DNA of 47,651 nucleotides from Pseudomonadota bacterium (GCA_031406045.1 JANOGO010000312.1:1-47651); one strand, 5' to 3'; counted from the first letter of the stretch, positions 36,514 through 45,064 are shown. Numbers and translations are program-made. The notes: a model not told the origin generated them from the letters alone.

Positions 36514-37356
36514 CTAGTCTTTCGACTCGACCAACTGTTTGGATTCCTTAAATATCCAAGAAATCGCAACGCCGGCGGCAAAACTATTTTTGGTTTTTAC
36601 CAGCGGGCTATCTTCGTAGGCGGCACCGCTCAGATTGGTTAACGAGGCAAATCCGCCGACCCAAAATTTCGGATAACGCTTGCTGACAGCCGCGAGAAAT
36701 TGCATGCCGGCATAACCGCCTTTGGCGTCATAGGCGGAACGCTGCGGTGTCGCAAACGCGCTGTCGACACCATAAAAATATTGATGATTCTTGCGTGTGG
36801 CGAACATCGGCCCAGTGGCCAATCCGATATTCCAGCCGGGCCCGAGAAAATTGTTGCGTATATCAAGATTCAGCCGCGGCTCAAACACCCAGCCGGTTTG
36901 GCGCACGTAGGTCAGGTCGGTCGCGAATACCGTTCGCAGCGGCAAACGCAAATCGAGTTCGGTATGTTGGCCTTTGCTTTTGTGCAAATGGATATTGAAG
37001 GTTGGACCAAATTCGAGCGTTGGGTCCAGATCGTTCATGCCTCGCCGCGCTTCGTTCTCCGAGCTTTTTACCGGCACCGAACCGCTAAAGCTCAGGTCAA
37101 GCTCAGCCCAATCTCGCTTGAAAAACAAACCGCGAATTTTTTGCCGATCGACTTTGAGAAAATCGCCGCGGTAAACAAAGTAAGGAATGGGCAGCGCAAA
37201 GAATATTGTTTCATCGGAACCGCGGTAGTGCGGAAACTGAATGAGGGATACGCCCGCGCCGGCTTCCCACAACGGCAGTTGATCGGCGGCGGCGGGCACT
37301 GCGAAGGTCGCGCAAAGCGGAAGTATCCACGCGCTTGATGTTAGTTTTTCGAGCAT
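36514..37356 (-). CDS. MipA/OmpV-family outer-membrane protein
   Basis: 280 aa. Signal peptide 'ILPLCATFAVPAAA', alternating beta-strand pattern, and a C-terminal aromatic region. MipA-like by recognition only. Confidence 0.55.
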   Translation of the reverse strand: MLEKLTSSAWILPLCATFAVPAAADQLPLWEAGAGVSLIQFPHYRGSDETIFFALPIPYFVYRGDFLKVDRQKIRGLFFKRDWAELDLSFSGSVPVKSSENEARRGMNDLDPTLEFGPTFNIHLHKSKGQHTELDLRLPLRTVFATDLTYVRQTGWVFEPRLNLDIRNNFLGPGWNIGLATGPMFATRKNHQYFYGVDSAFATPQRSAYDAKGGYAGMQFLAAVSKRYPKFWVGGFASLTNLSGAAYEDSPLVKTKNSFAAGVAISWIFKESKQLVESKD

Positions 37357-37498
37357 ATTGAGGTCGTTAATTTATCGCTTATTGTAACCGAGCTTTGCAG
37401 CCCGCGCCGGCACTTCGCCAGAAGCCAATCAGGACGCGGCACTACGAGCATGCCATGCCACGAGGCAAGCAGGGCGCGGCTCGTAGCATGGGTAACTT

Positions 37499-37873
37499 TT
37501 AAGTTGTTACCAGTACAACGAACCAAACCACGACCACGTTGACCAAGGACAAAAACACCGCAGCACTGCCCATGTCCTTCGCGCGCTTGGCTAACTGATG
37601 ATTTTCCAGCGAGATACGATCGACGACGGCCTCGATGGCCGAATTGAGTAACTCGACAATCAAGACTAACAAGACACACGCGATCATCAGCGCCTTGGCA
37701 GATCCGGGCACATGGCAAAACCACGCGATCGGCACCAAAATCACGGCGAGAATGAGTTCCTGGCGAAACGCATCCTCGTTTTTCAACGCTGCGCCTAGGC
37801 CTTCGGCCGAGTAACCGCACGCCCGCCACAGACGCGTCAGCCCGACTTTACCCTTGTGCGGACTCTCGTCCAT
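37499..37873 (-). CDS. dgkA: Diacylglycerol kinase
   Basis: 124 aa. 'AFRQELILAVILVPIA', 'VELLNSAIEAVVDRIS' and 'AKDMGSAAV'. Confidence 0.9.
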   Translation of the reverse strand: MDESPHKGKVGLTRLWRACGYSAEGLGAALKNEDAFRQELILAVILVPIAWFCHVPGSAKALMIACVLLVLIVELLNSAIEAVVDRISLENHQLAKRAKDMGSAAVFLSLVNVVVVWFVVLVTT

Positions 37874-37882
37874 GCCGACCGA

Positions 37883-38380
37883 TTACAGTGCCGCGAGCGC
37901 GGCGTCATAGTTCGGCTCTTGCGCGATTTCCGTCACCAGCTCCGAGTGTTTCACTTTATTGTTCTCATCCAGCACCACAACGCCGCGCGCGGTTAAACCG
38001 CGCAACGGGCCATCGGCGATATCTACGCCATATTTAGAATGAAATTCTTTGGCGCGGAAGGTCGACAACGTGACCACGTTTTTCAAACCCTCGGCACCGC
38101 AAAAGCGGCTCATCGCGAACGGCAAATCGGCAGCGATCACCAACACGACGGTGTTATTCATGCTGCTGGCTTTTTCATTGAAGACACGCGTCGATTGCGC
38201 GCAGGTCGGCGTATCCAAGCTCGGCACGATGTTCAGCACCTTACGTTTACCGGCGTAGCTGGCGAGATTGACATCACTCAGATCACCGGCGGTTAAAGTG
38301 AAATCCGGTGCATTGTCGCCGGCTTTAGGAAAGTTGCCGCCGACATTGACGGGATTGCCTCTGAGGGTAACGGTTGCCAT
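37883..38380 (-). CDS. tpx: Thiol peroxidase
   Basis: The start [15 protein letters not shown] is placed 14 codons inside the ORF-track ORF, whose first codon is TTG. '[10 protein letters not shown]' (peroxidatic Cys) and '[15 protein letters not shown]' (resolving Cys). Confidence 0.9.
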   Translation of the reverse strand: MATVTLRGNPVNVGGNFPKAGDNAPDFTLTAGDLSDVNLASYAGKRKVLNIVPSLDTPTCAQSTRVFNEKASSMNNTVVLVIAADLPFAMSRFCGAEGLKNVVTLSTFRAKEFHSKYGVDIADGPLRGLTARGVVVLDENNKVKHSELVTEIAQEPNYDAALAAL

Positions 38381-38435
38381 ACTGAACTCCTTATATAAAC
38401 GGGCAGAAAAACAAAATTTCAAATTAAAGCGAAGG

Positions 38436-38585
38436 CGTTAAGGAAGCTCTGATTTATTTCGAGTTCTAAGCAAGACAAGGCGCGAAGGAAAAATTGTGAC
38501 GCAGCATATGTTGATATGTGAGGAACAATTTTTCCTTCGTAACACAGGATTGCGACGAAATCGGAATAAATCAGAGCTTCCTTAA
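38436..38585. repeat. ~150-nt imperfect palindrome between gcvH and tpx
   Basis: The outer arms 'ttaaggaagctctgatttatt' (left) and 'aataaatcagagcttccttaa' (right) are perfect 21-mers. The inner arms 'cgaaggaaaaattgt' / 'acaatttttccttcg' are perfect 15-mers. The central 'catatg ttga tatg' completes it. The right arm includes the gcvH stop codon. Confidence 0.7.
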
Positions 38586-38974
38586 TTTGATTGCTCGACC
38601 GTTAGCGCTTCATAGGCATCGGCGTTAAGCAATGAATCGATTTCTTTCGAATCGCGAAGCTTGATCTTAAATAACCAGGCATCATAGGGCGATTGGTTGA
38701 TTCTTTCAAACGAAGATTCTAGCGCCAAGTTGCATTCGATAATCGTTCCGGACAACGGCGCGAACACATCGCTGGCCGATTTAACCGATTCGACAACGGC
38801 GCACGCTTCGTCTTTGCCGACGGTTTTATCGAGCGCGGGAAATTCAACGAACACGACATCGCCCAGTGCTTCTTGGGCAAAATCAGTGATGCCAACCGCG
38901 GCTACACCGTCAGATTCGACGGCGACCCATTGATGGCTCGCGGAGTAAAACAAATGCGTTGGCGTTTGCGACAA
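38582..38974 (-). CDS. gcvH: Glycine cleavage system H protein (lipoyl carrier)
   Basis: 130 aa. 'VVESVKSASDVFAPLSG' (lipoyl-Lys) and 'PYDAWLFKI'. Confidence 0.9.
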   Translation of the reverse strand: MSQTPTHLFYSASHQWVAVESDGVAAVGITDFAQEALGDVVFVEFPALDKTVGKDEACAVVESVKSASDVFAPLSGTIIECNLALESSFERINQSPYDAWLFKIKLRDSKEIDSLLNADAYEALTVEQSN

Positions 38975-39002
38975 GACGGTTCTCTAAAAAATGGTTGCCG
39001 AG

Positions 39003-39785
39003 CTAAGGATAGTAAACGTACAACCGATACCCGACGGCCGCTAAGTCTATCAATTCCACACGCAGGCGTACATTCGCCTCTTGTAACGGTGCGATGCCCT
39101 GGCCGGTTTTGGCTTTAGTCTGCAGGTAATCGGCGGGATGAAACGTCTTTTTTATCACCGCTTGGTCGGTCGCGTCGGTCAACGTTAACTCTAACGATGG
39201 AAACGCTTGTTCATAATTTGCACGATTTCGCAGCAACGCGGTCAACAAAATTTCCTTCGGCCGATCGGGAAATTGTTTCAGGTCGGACGATTCGATCGTA
39301 ATGGCCTCGGCGTTGCGCGGCAACGCGATTTCGCAACCGACGATGTTGCAATAGGTCACCAGAATAGGTTTCATCGACGGCATATCGCGGGCTAAGGAAT
39401 GGCGAAAATATGTCATGCCCTGCAATAATAACAACAAAGCCATCACCGCGGAGCCGGTTAGCCAAAGCGTACGATTCTGCGTGGCCGGTGGCGTGAAATC
39501 GGGGCGATAGAGAATCGGTGCGTCCGATTCATCGAACGCCGGTGCTGCCGCGACTTCTCGTGCTTCGTCAATTTTTCCGACAATATTTTCTGCGGCCGAG
39601 GCGCTTGTTTCAACATCATTGGCGCTTGTTTTCGACACCGGATCGGCCATCGCCAACGTGACCAAGCCGTTGAACAACGTATTGCAGTGGCCGCAGCGCA
39701 CCTGGCCCTGCCGCGCTGCCAACTGCTGTGGCGTGACGCGAAAGCTAGTGCCACATGACGGGCAGGTGGTGGTGACTTTTTTCAC
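39003..39785 (-). CDS. Zinc-ribbon (MJ0042-type) / DUF3426 membrane protein
   Basis: GTG start at 39785 in a GTGA overlap with the prmA stop. 'CPSCGTSFRVTPQQLAARQGQVRCGHCNTLFNG' is the zinc ribbon, followed by one TM segment and then a DUF3426-like C-terminus. Confidence 0.7.
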   Translation of the reverse strand: MKKVTTTCPSCGTSFRVTPQQLAARQGQVRCGHCNTLFNGLVTLAMADPVSKTSANDVETSASAAENIVGKIDEAREVAAAPAFDESDAPILYRPDFTPPATQNRTLWLTGSAVMALLLLLQGMTYFRHSLARDMPSMKPILVTYCNIVGCEIALPRNAEAITIESSDLKQFPDRPKEILLTALLRNRANYEQAFPSLELTLTDATDQAVIKKTFHPADYLQTKAKTGQGIAPLQEANVRLRVELIDLAAVGYRLYVYYP

Positions 39786-40672
39786 TGAAATTTCCGGCCA
39801 GCAAGGCAAACCCAGTCGGATTCTTCGCCGGCGATTTTGAGATCGACGGCGTCGCGGTAATGATTGATCACGCCGATCGCCTGATTCTTCAGAATGCCGG
39901 ATAACACAATCCATCCGCCCGGCCGGGTTTTGCCGATGATGATGTCGGCCAGCATTTGCAGCGGATTAGCGAGGATATTCGCGACGGTTACGTCGGCAAG
40001 AACGCTCGGCACCTGGTCCGGCAATTGAAAATCGGCGCTGATATCATTGTCGGCGGCGTTAAGCCGTGCAACGTCAACAGAAACGGGGTCGATGTCGGTG
40101 CCGATCACTCGAGCGGCGCCGAGTTTCGCCGCTGCTATCGCTAAGATTCCGGAACCGCAGCCATAATCGAGCACCGTTTCGCCGCCTTGAATATGTTGAT
40201 CGAGCCAGCGCAAACATAATAGCGTAGTGGGATGGCTACCGGTGCCGAACGCGCGGCCGGGATCGAGTCGTAAATTGATCGCTGTCGCATCTGGCGCTTG
40301 ATGCCAAGTCGGCACGATCCACAAACGCGACGACACTTCGATCGGCTCAAATTGACTTTGCGTCAGGCGCACCCAATCTTGCTCGTCGACTTTTGAGGTG
40401 GTGAACGGTGGCACGGTTTTTATATCTAGGGTGATGTAGGCTTGTTCCACCGCGTCGGCGACATTCGCGCTGGATTCAAACAATGCGGTCACCACACATT
40501 CGTTCCAATAACCGACAAACTCGCCAGGCTCCCCAAAAATGGGTTGTTCCTGAAACGCGCCATCGGCGGCATCAGTAACGGTTACGGATAACGCACCCTC
40601 AGCGATCAACGCGTCGCTTAATGATTCGGCAGTCTCAGCGGTAGTATGAAGCGCGACGGAAAGCCAGCTCAA
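39782..40672 (-). CDS. prmA: Ribosomal protein L11 methyltransferase
   Basis: 296 aa. 'AFGTGSHPTT' and 'VLDYGCGSGILAIAAAKLGA'. Confidence 0.92.
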   Translation of the reverse strand: MSWLSVALHTTAETAESLSDALIAEGALSVTVTDAADGAFQEQPIFGEPGEFVGYWNECVVTALFESSANVADAVEQAYITLDIKTVPPFTTSKVDEQDWVRLTQSQFEPIEVSSRLWIVPTWHQAPDATAINLRLDPGRAFGTGSHPTTLLCLRWLDQHIQGGETVLDYGCGSGILAIAAAKLGAARVIGTDIDPVSVDVARLNAADNDISADFQLPDQVPSVLADVTVANILANPLQMLADIIIGKTRPGGWIVLSGILKNQAIGVINHYRDAVDLKIAGEESDWVCLAGRKFQ

Positions 40673-40717
40673 AATGGGCGACCCGAAATAGTAATGCTTA
40701 CAGGCAATTCAATGCTG

Positions 40718-40808
40718 CTCCCCTCACCCTGACCCTCTCCCCATAAATGGGGCGAGGGGACGATACTCCCTCTCCCACTTTGCGGGAGGGTTAGCGTGAG
40801 GGTTAGGC
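40718..40808. repeat. GGGTGAGGG-type REP element, copy e
   Basis: 'cccctcaccctgaccctctccccataaatggggcgagggg...ctccctctcccactttgcgggagggttagcgtgagggttagg', in the accC-prmA spacer. Confidence 0.6.
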
Positions 40809-40864
40809 GGATCACCGATAGTAAACGTCAAAAATTTTTGTCCGGCAAGGTTGGAGCTGGAATT

Positions 40865-42223
40865 TTAGCCCTTCTTGCTCTTGCGCAGCGCGAGCTTTTC
40901 TTCGAGGTAATGAATGCTGGTGCCACCTTTGATGAACGCGCTATCGAGCAGTAATTCTTGATGCAACGGAATATTGGTCTTGATGCCTTCGACGATCATT
41001 TCCGATAAAGCAATGCGCATGCGCGCGATCGCTTGATCGCGTGTATCGCCATGCGCAATAACTTTTCCGATCAATGAATCGTAATACGGCGGCACGACGT
41101 AATTATGATAAATGTGCGAATCGACGCGAATACCGGGGCCACCCGGCACGTGATATTGATTGATGCGGCCGGGCGAAGGCACGAAAGTATAAGGATCTTC
41201 GGCATTGATCCGGCACTCGATGGAATGGCCGCGATAAACGACGTCACGTTGCCGCAAGCGCAGCTTTTCTCCCGCCGCGACGCGAATCTGCTCCTGCACA
41301 ATATCCACGCCGGTGATCAATTCCGTCACCGGATGCTCGACCTGAACACGGGTATTCATTTCGATGAAATAAAACTCATCGTTTTCGTACAAGAACTCGA
41401 ATGTTCCGGCGCCACGATAACCAATGCGTCGGCATGCGTCGGCACAACGAGCACCGATGCGGTCCTTCAGGCGGTCTTTGATGCCCGGCGCGGGCGCTTC
41501 CTCGATGATTTTTTGATGGCGGCGCTGCATCGATCAATCGCTGTCGCACAATTAAATCTCATTATTATGTTGGTCGGAGAGTTTTTGGATTTCAACATGG
41601 CGCGGATTTTCCAAAAATTTTTCCATGTACACCATGGGATTGCCGAAAGCGTTCTGCGCTTCGGTGCGTGTCATTTGTACGGCGTTGACCAGCGCGGCTT
41701 CGGTATGCACCACGCGCATGCCGCGGCCGCCGCCGCCGCCCGAAGCCTTAATAATCACCGGATAGCCGACCTGGGCGGCGATGCGCTTCAATTCTTTCGG
41801 ATCATCCGGCAACGCGCCTTCGGAGCCGGGTACCACCGGCACACCGGCTTTTCGCATTGCGTCCTTGGCGCTGACTTTATCGCCCATCAAGCGAATGGTG
41901 TCGGCACGCGGCCCGATGAAGACGAAACCGGAATTTTCCACCCGCTCGGCAAAGTCGGCGTTTTCCGACAAAAATCCGTAGCCGGGATGTATCGCCTCGG
42001 CGTCGGTCACCTCTGCGGCACTAATGATCGCCGGGACATTTAAATAACTCAGGCTAGACGGCGGCGGGCCGATACACACCGACTCGTCCGCGAGCATAAC
42101 GTATTTTGCATCCGCGTCCGCTTCGGAATGGACGGCGACCGTCTTAATGCCCAATTCCCGGCACGCACGCTGGATTCTCAGCGCGATTTCACCGCGATTG
42201 GCGATTAGGATTTTTTCAAACAT
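40865..42223 (-). pseudogene. accC: Biotin carboxylase interrupted by two in-frame stop codons
   Basis: ORFs 42223-41552 (N-terminal half, '[12 protein letters not shown]', 'GGGGRGMR') and 41530-40865 (C-terminal half, '[16 protein letters not shown]', '[16 protein letters not shown]') are in the same frame and colinear with full-length AccC. They are separated by TAA (41554-41552) and TGA (41536-41534), which fall where AccC normally has Tyr and Cys of the 'YL.ERDCS' motif. Confidence 0.85.
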
Positions 42224-42227
42224 GGTT

Positions 42228-42350
42228 TGAGGGTGAGGTGTTAGGCGTTAGGGGTGAGGTGAGAAAATTTAGGGAGTGGTAAATGTTACGGCTGTGAATT
42301 CCCGTCGCGCCGAATTCACACCTCACTCCTCCCGCCTCAGACCTCACTGC
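42228..42350. repeat. Long palindromic GGTGAGG-type element in the accB-accC spacer (copy f)
   Basis: 'gagggtgaggtg...ggggtgaggtgag' is mirrored by 'cacctcactcctc...ctcagacctcac', around a central 'gtgaattc ccgtcgcgcc gaattcac'. Confidence 0.6.
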
Positions 42351-42352
42351 AA

Positions 42353-42796
42353 TTAGCCTATTACAAACAAAGGCTGCCCATATTCCACCGGCTGGCCACT
42401 TTCAACCAAAATCTTCTTTACCACGCCGGCGGCATCGGATTCGATCTCATTTAGAAGTTTCATCGCTTCGATAATGCACAGCGTTTGGCCATCGCTGACG
42501 GTTTGGCCAACCTCAATAAACGCTGGCGAGCCCGGTGACGGCGAACGATAAAACGTCCCGACCATCGGCGATTTGACGATATGCCCCTCTTCAACGACCT
42601 CGGCGACGACCGACGCGGCTGTCGCGGGCGCCATGGCCGCCATTGGTTGTTGCGGCTGCATCACCATACCGGGTCCCGCGATCGGCACGCCGGTGCGATT
42701 AATTCGCACGCGCTCCTCTCCTTCGGTGATTTCCAGTTCAGAGATGCCGGACGACTGCACTAATTCAATCAATGCTTTGAGCTTGCGCAAGTCCAT
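42353..42796 (-). CDS. accB: Biotin carboxyl carrier protein
   Basis: 147 aa. '[14 protein letters not shown]' (biotinyl-Lys) with a Pro/Ala-rich linker. Confidence 0.94.
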   Translation of the reverse strand: MDLRKLKALIELVQSSGISELEITEGEERVRINRTGVPIAGPGMVMQPQQPMAAMAPATAASVVAEVVEEGHIVKSPMVGTFYRSPSPGSPAFIEVGQTVSDGQTLCIIEAMKLLNEIESDAAGVVKKILVESGQPVEYGQPLFVIG

Positions 42797-42809
42797 AGGA
42801 ACTCCTTAA

Positions 42810-43241
42810 TTACTGTTTCAGCGCGTAGTCGAGGGCAAGTTCATAGCCCGCGACACCCAACCCCGCGATCACGCCGGCCGCGAGTGGGGAAAGATAAGAA
42901 TGGTGGCGAAACGGTTCGCGGGCATACACGTTGGAAACGTGAACTTCTATGAACGGGATCGCAACGGCAGCGAACGCATCGCGAAGTGCAATGCTGGTAT
43001 GGGTAAAGCCGCCGGGATTGATGATGATAAACCCTATACCGTCGGTACGCGCGGCCTGCACCCGATCCACCAACGCACCTTCCCAATTACTTTGGAAAGT
43101 ATCCAGTTCGACTTGGGATTTTTGAGCGATTTGTTTCAGACGCTCATTCACATCGTCTAACGATGCACGACCGTAGACGTCCGGCTCCCTCGTGCCGAGC
43201 AGGTTTAGATTGGGGCCATGCAGCACCAAAACCTTCTTCAT
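42810..43241 (-). CDS. aroQ: Type II 3-dehydroquinate dehydratase
   Basis: 143 aa. '[17 protein letters not shown]', 'FQSNWEG' and '[17 protein letters not shown]'. Confidence 0.94.
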   Translation of the reverse strand: MKKVLVLHGPNLNLLGTREPDVYGRASLDDVNERLKQIAQKSQVELDTFQSNWEGALVDRVQAARTDGIGFIIINPGGFTHTSIALRDAFAAVAIPFIEVHVSNVYAREPFRHHSYLSPLAAGVIAGLGVAGYELALDYALKQ

Positions 43242-43532
43242 GGCGCGAAGTGTGCCTAAATGCAGCGATCTTGTCTAGTATTTCGCGATTAGGTTTGAGA
43301 GCGTCCACTCCAATACGATATCAAAATCGCGTCAGAGGCAAAGCCATCGGGAGCGCGACAAGACATTCTTGCCAAACAGAATCCTGATAAATCGGAGAAA
43401 TTAAGAGGTTTTAGAAGATTTTACGGAAAAATAACAAAACATCTATCGATTAACTTATGTTGTACTTCGCGGTGGCTGTTGTGGCATGATCATCGGGTCT
43501 GAACTCAGGTAAATCCTATGGTGGAGGAAATT

Positions 43533-43859
43533 ATGGCGATCTACGAACTGCGTACTTACTCACTCTACGTCGGCAAAATGGGCGAAGCGGTAAAGCTTTA
43601 CACCGAACTCGGTTTTCCGGCGCTGCAAAAAGGCGGCTTCGATAAAAACTTGGTCGGCTATTTTCAATCGGACACAGGGCAGATCAATCAGCTCGTTCAC
43701 CTGTGGAAATTCGCTGACGACACCGCGCGGCGCGCCCATTGGGCTTCGCTTTACGCCAACCAAGATTTCATCGAAGGCTTTGCCGTAAAGTTTCGGCCGC
43801 TGGTGATGACGCAGGAAGTAAAATTACTTACCGCCGCGCCGTGGGGGCCGCATCCGTAG
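43533..43859 (+). CDS. NIPSNAP-family protein
   Basis: Start at ATG 43533 behind RBS 'ggagga'. 'MAIYELRTYSLYVGKMGEAVKLY' and 'LVHLWKFADDTARRAHW'. Confidence 0.7.
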   Translation: MAIYELRTYSLYVGKMGEAVKLYTELGFPALQKGGFDKNLVGYFQSDTGQINQLVHLWKFADDTARRAHWASLYANQDFIEGFAVKFRPLVMTQEVKLLTAAPWGPHP

Positions 43860-43874
43860 TTTTTGTTTAGGTAA

Positions 43875-43956
43875 TTGCCTGAAGAGGCGCATGAATAGTA
43901 GCTCCCGGCGATGCATAGCCGGAGCACCGCATCCCGATTGGCTCCTGGCATGCATC
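43875..43956. repeat. Quasi-palindromic repeat, GAAGARGCGCATGRATA family, copy B
   Basis: The core 'gaagaggcgcatgaata' (43881-43897) is followed by the hairpin 'gctcccggc gatgcata gccggagc' and by 'ggctcctggcatgcat'. Confidence 0.5.
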
Positions 43957-43999
43957 GTTTTTGCGCTTTTAACTAAGCCCGCTGGGTTAAAATCCGGTC

Positions 44000-45064
44000 A
44001 TGACACCGATACTCAAGAACGATAATTTTCTGCGTGCGCTCCGTCGCGAGCCCACACCCTACACGCCGATCTGGATCATGCGCCAAGCCGGTCGCTACTT
44101 GCCGGAATACAACGCGACTCGCAAGCGCGCCGGTAATTTTTTGACCCTATGCAAAACACCGGAGCTGGCGACGGAAGTGACACTTCAACCGCTGGAACGC
44201 TTCCCACTGGATGCCGCGATTATTTTTTCCGACATTTTGACCATTCCCGACGCGATGGGCTTGGGCCTGTATTTCGCCGAGGGCGAGGGACCGAAGTTCG
44301 AGCGGCCGTTACGCGACGAGGCTGCGATCAAGGCGCTGCAAGTGCCGAATCCCGATGAAAAGCTCGGCTATGTCATGAACGCAATCCGTATGACTGTCGG
44401 CGCGCTCGATGGCCGCGTGCCGCTGATCGGTTTTTCCGGTAGCCCGTATACGCTGGCTTGCTACATGATCGAGGGCGGCGGCTCGGACGATTTTCGCTTG
44501 ATCAAAACCATGCTGTACGATCGCCCTGATTTACTCAAACATATTCTCGCGATCAACGCGGCCGCGGTCACGGCTTACCTCAAAGCGCAAGTCAGCGCCG
44601 GCGCACAAGCGTTGATGATTTTCGATACCTGGGGCGGCAACCTCGCGCACGGCGCGTATCTTGAGTTTTCGTTGCCTTACATGCAGGAAATTGTCACGGC
44701 GCTAAAAAGCGACGCGGCGACCAAAAACGTGCCGGTGATTTTGTTCACCAAGGGCGGTGGCCTGTGGTTGGAAAGCATGGCCGCAACCGGCTGCGATGGC
44801 CTCGGATTGGATTGGACGCAAGATTTATCCCGGGCGCGAAAACGCGTCGGCGATCGCGTCGCATTGCAAGGCAATATAGATCCGATGAGTTTATTTGCTG
44901 CGCCGCAACAAGTACGCGATGGCGCGGCCGAGGCGCTGGCCGCGTTCGGCAAAGGGAACGGCCATGTATTCAACCTGGGGCACGGCATTTCACAGCATAC
45001 CCCGCCGGATCGAGTGGCGGCGCTGGTCGCAGCGGTACATGAGCTGAGCGCACCGTATCACTAG
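44000..45064 (+). CDS. hemE: Uroporphyrinogen decarboxylase
   Basis: 354 aa. '[15 protein letters not shown]' and '[17 protein letters not shown]'. Confidence 0.96.
   Translation: MTPILKNDNFLRALRREPTPYTPIWIMRQAGRYLPEYNATRKRAGNFLTLCKTPELATEVTLQPLERFPLDAAIIFSDILTIPDAMGLGLYFAEGEGPKFERPLRDEAAIKALQVPNPDEKLGYVMNAIRMTVGALDGRVPLIGFSGSPYTLACYMIEGGGSDDFRLIKTMLYDRPDLLKHILAINAAAVTAYLKAQVSAGAQALMIFDTWGGNLAHGAYLEFSLPYMQEIVTALKSDAATKNVPVILFTKGGGLWLESMAATGCDGLGLDWTQDLSRARKRVGDRVALQGNIDPMSLFAAPQQVRDGAAEALAAFGKGNGHVFNLGHGISQHTPPDRVAALVAAVHELSAPYH

Noticed and set aside
37341-37829. 162-aa minus-strand ORF overlapping dgkA.
   Set aside because: The alternative frame at 37499-37873 gives a textbook DgkA. This frame is Arg/Gly-rich and runs into the repeat-containing spacer.
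41105-42043. 312-aa ORF on the plus strand.
   Set aside because: It lies entirely antisense to accC, which has unmistakable biotin-carboxylase motifs. Its Arg/Ala/His-rich low-complexity translation is typical of antisense frames in GC-rich coding DNA.
40865-42223. Treating the two accC ORFs as a naturally split (two-gene) biotin carboxylase.
   Set aside because: The halves are in the same frame, with exactly the expected number of codons between them. The break falls inside the catalytic ERDCS motif rather than at a domain boundary. The second half also has no RBS or independent start context beyond the conserved internal Met.
869-42350. The possibility that the recurring G-rich palindromes form a CRISPR array.
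   Set aside because: Copies are tens of kb apart, not regularly spaced. They differ in length and orientation, and no cas genes are present. They behave as REP/MITE-type elements.
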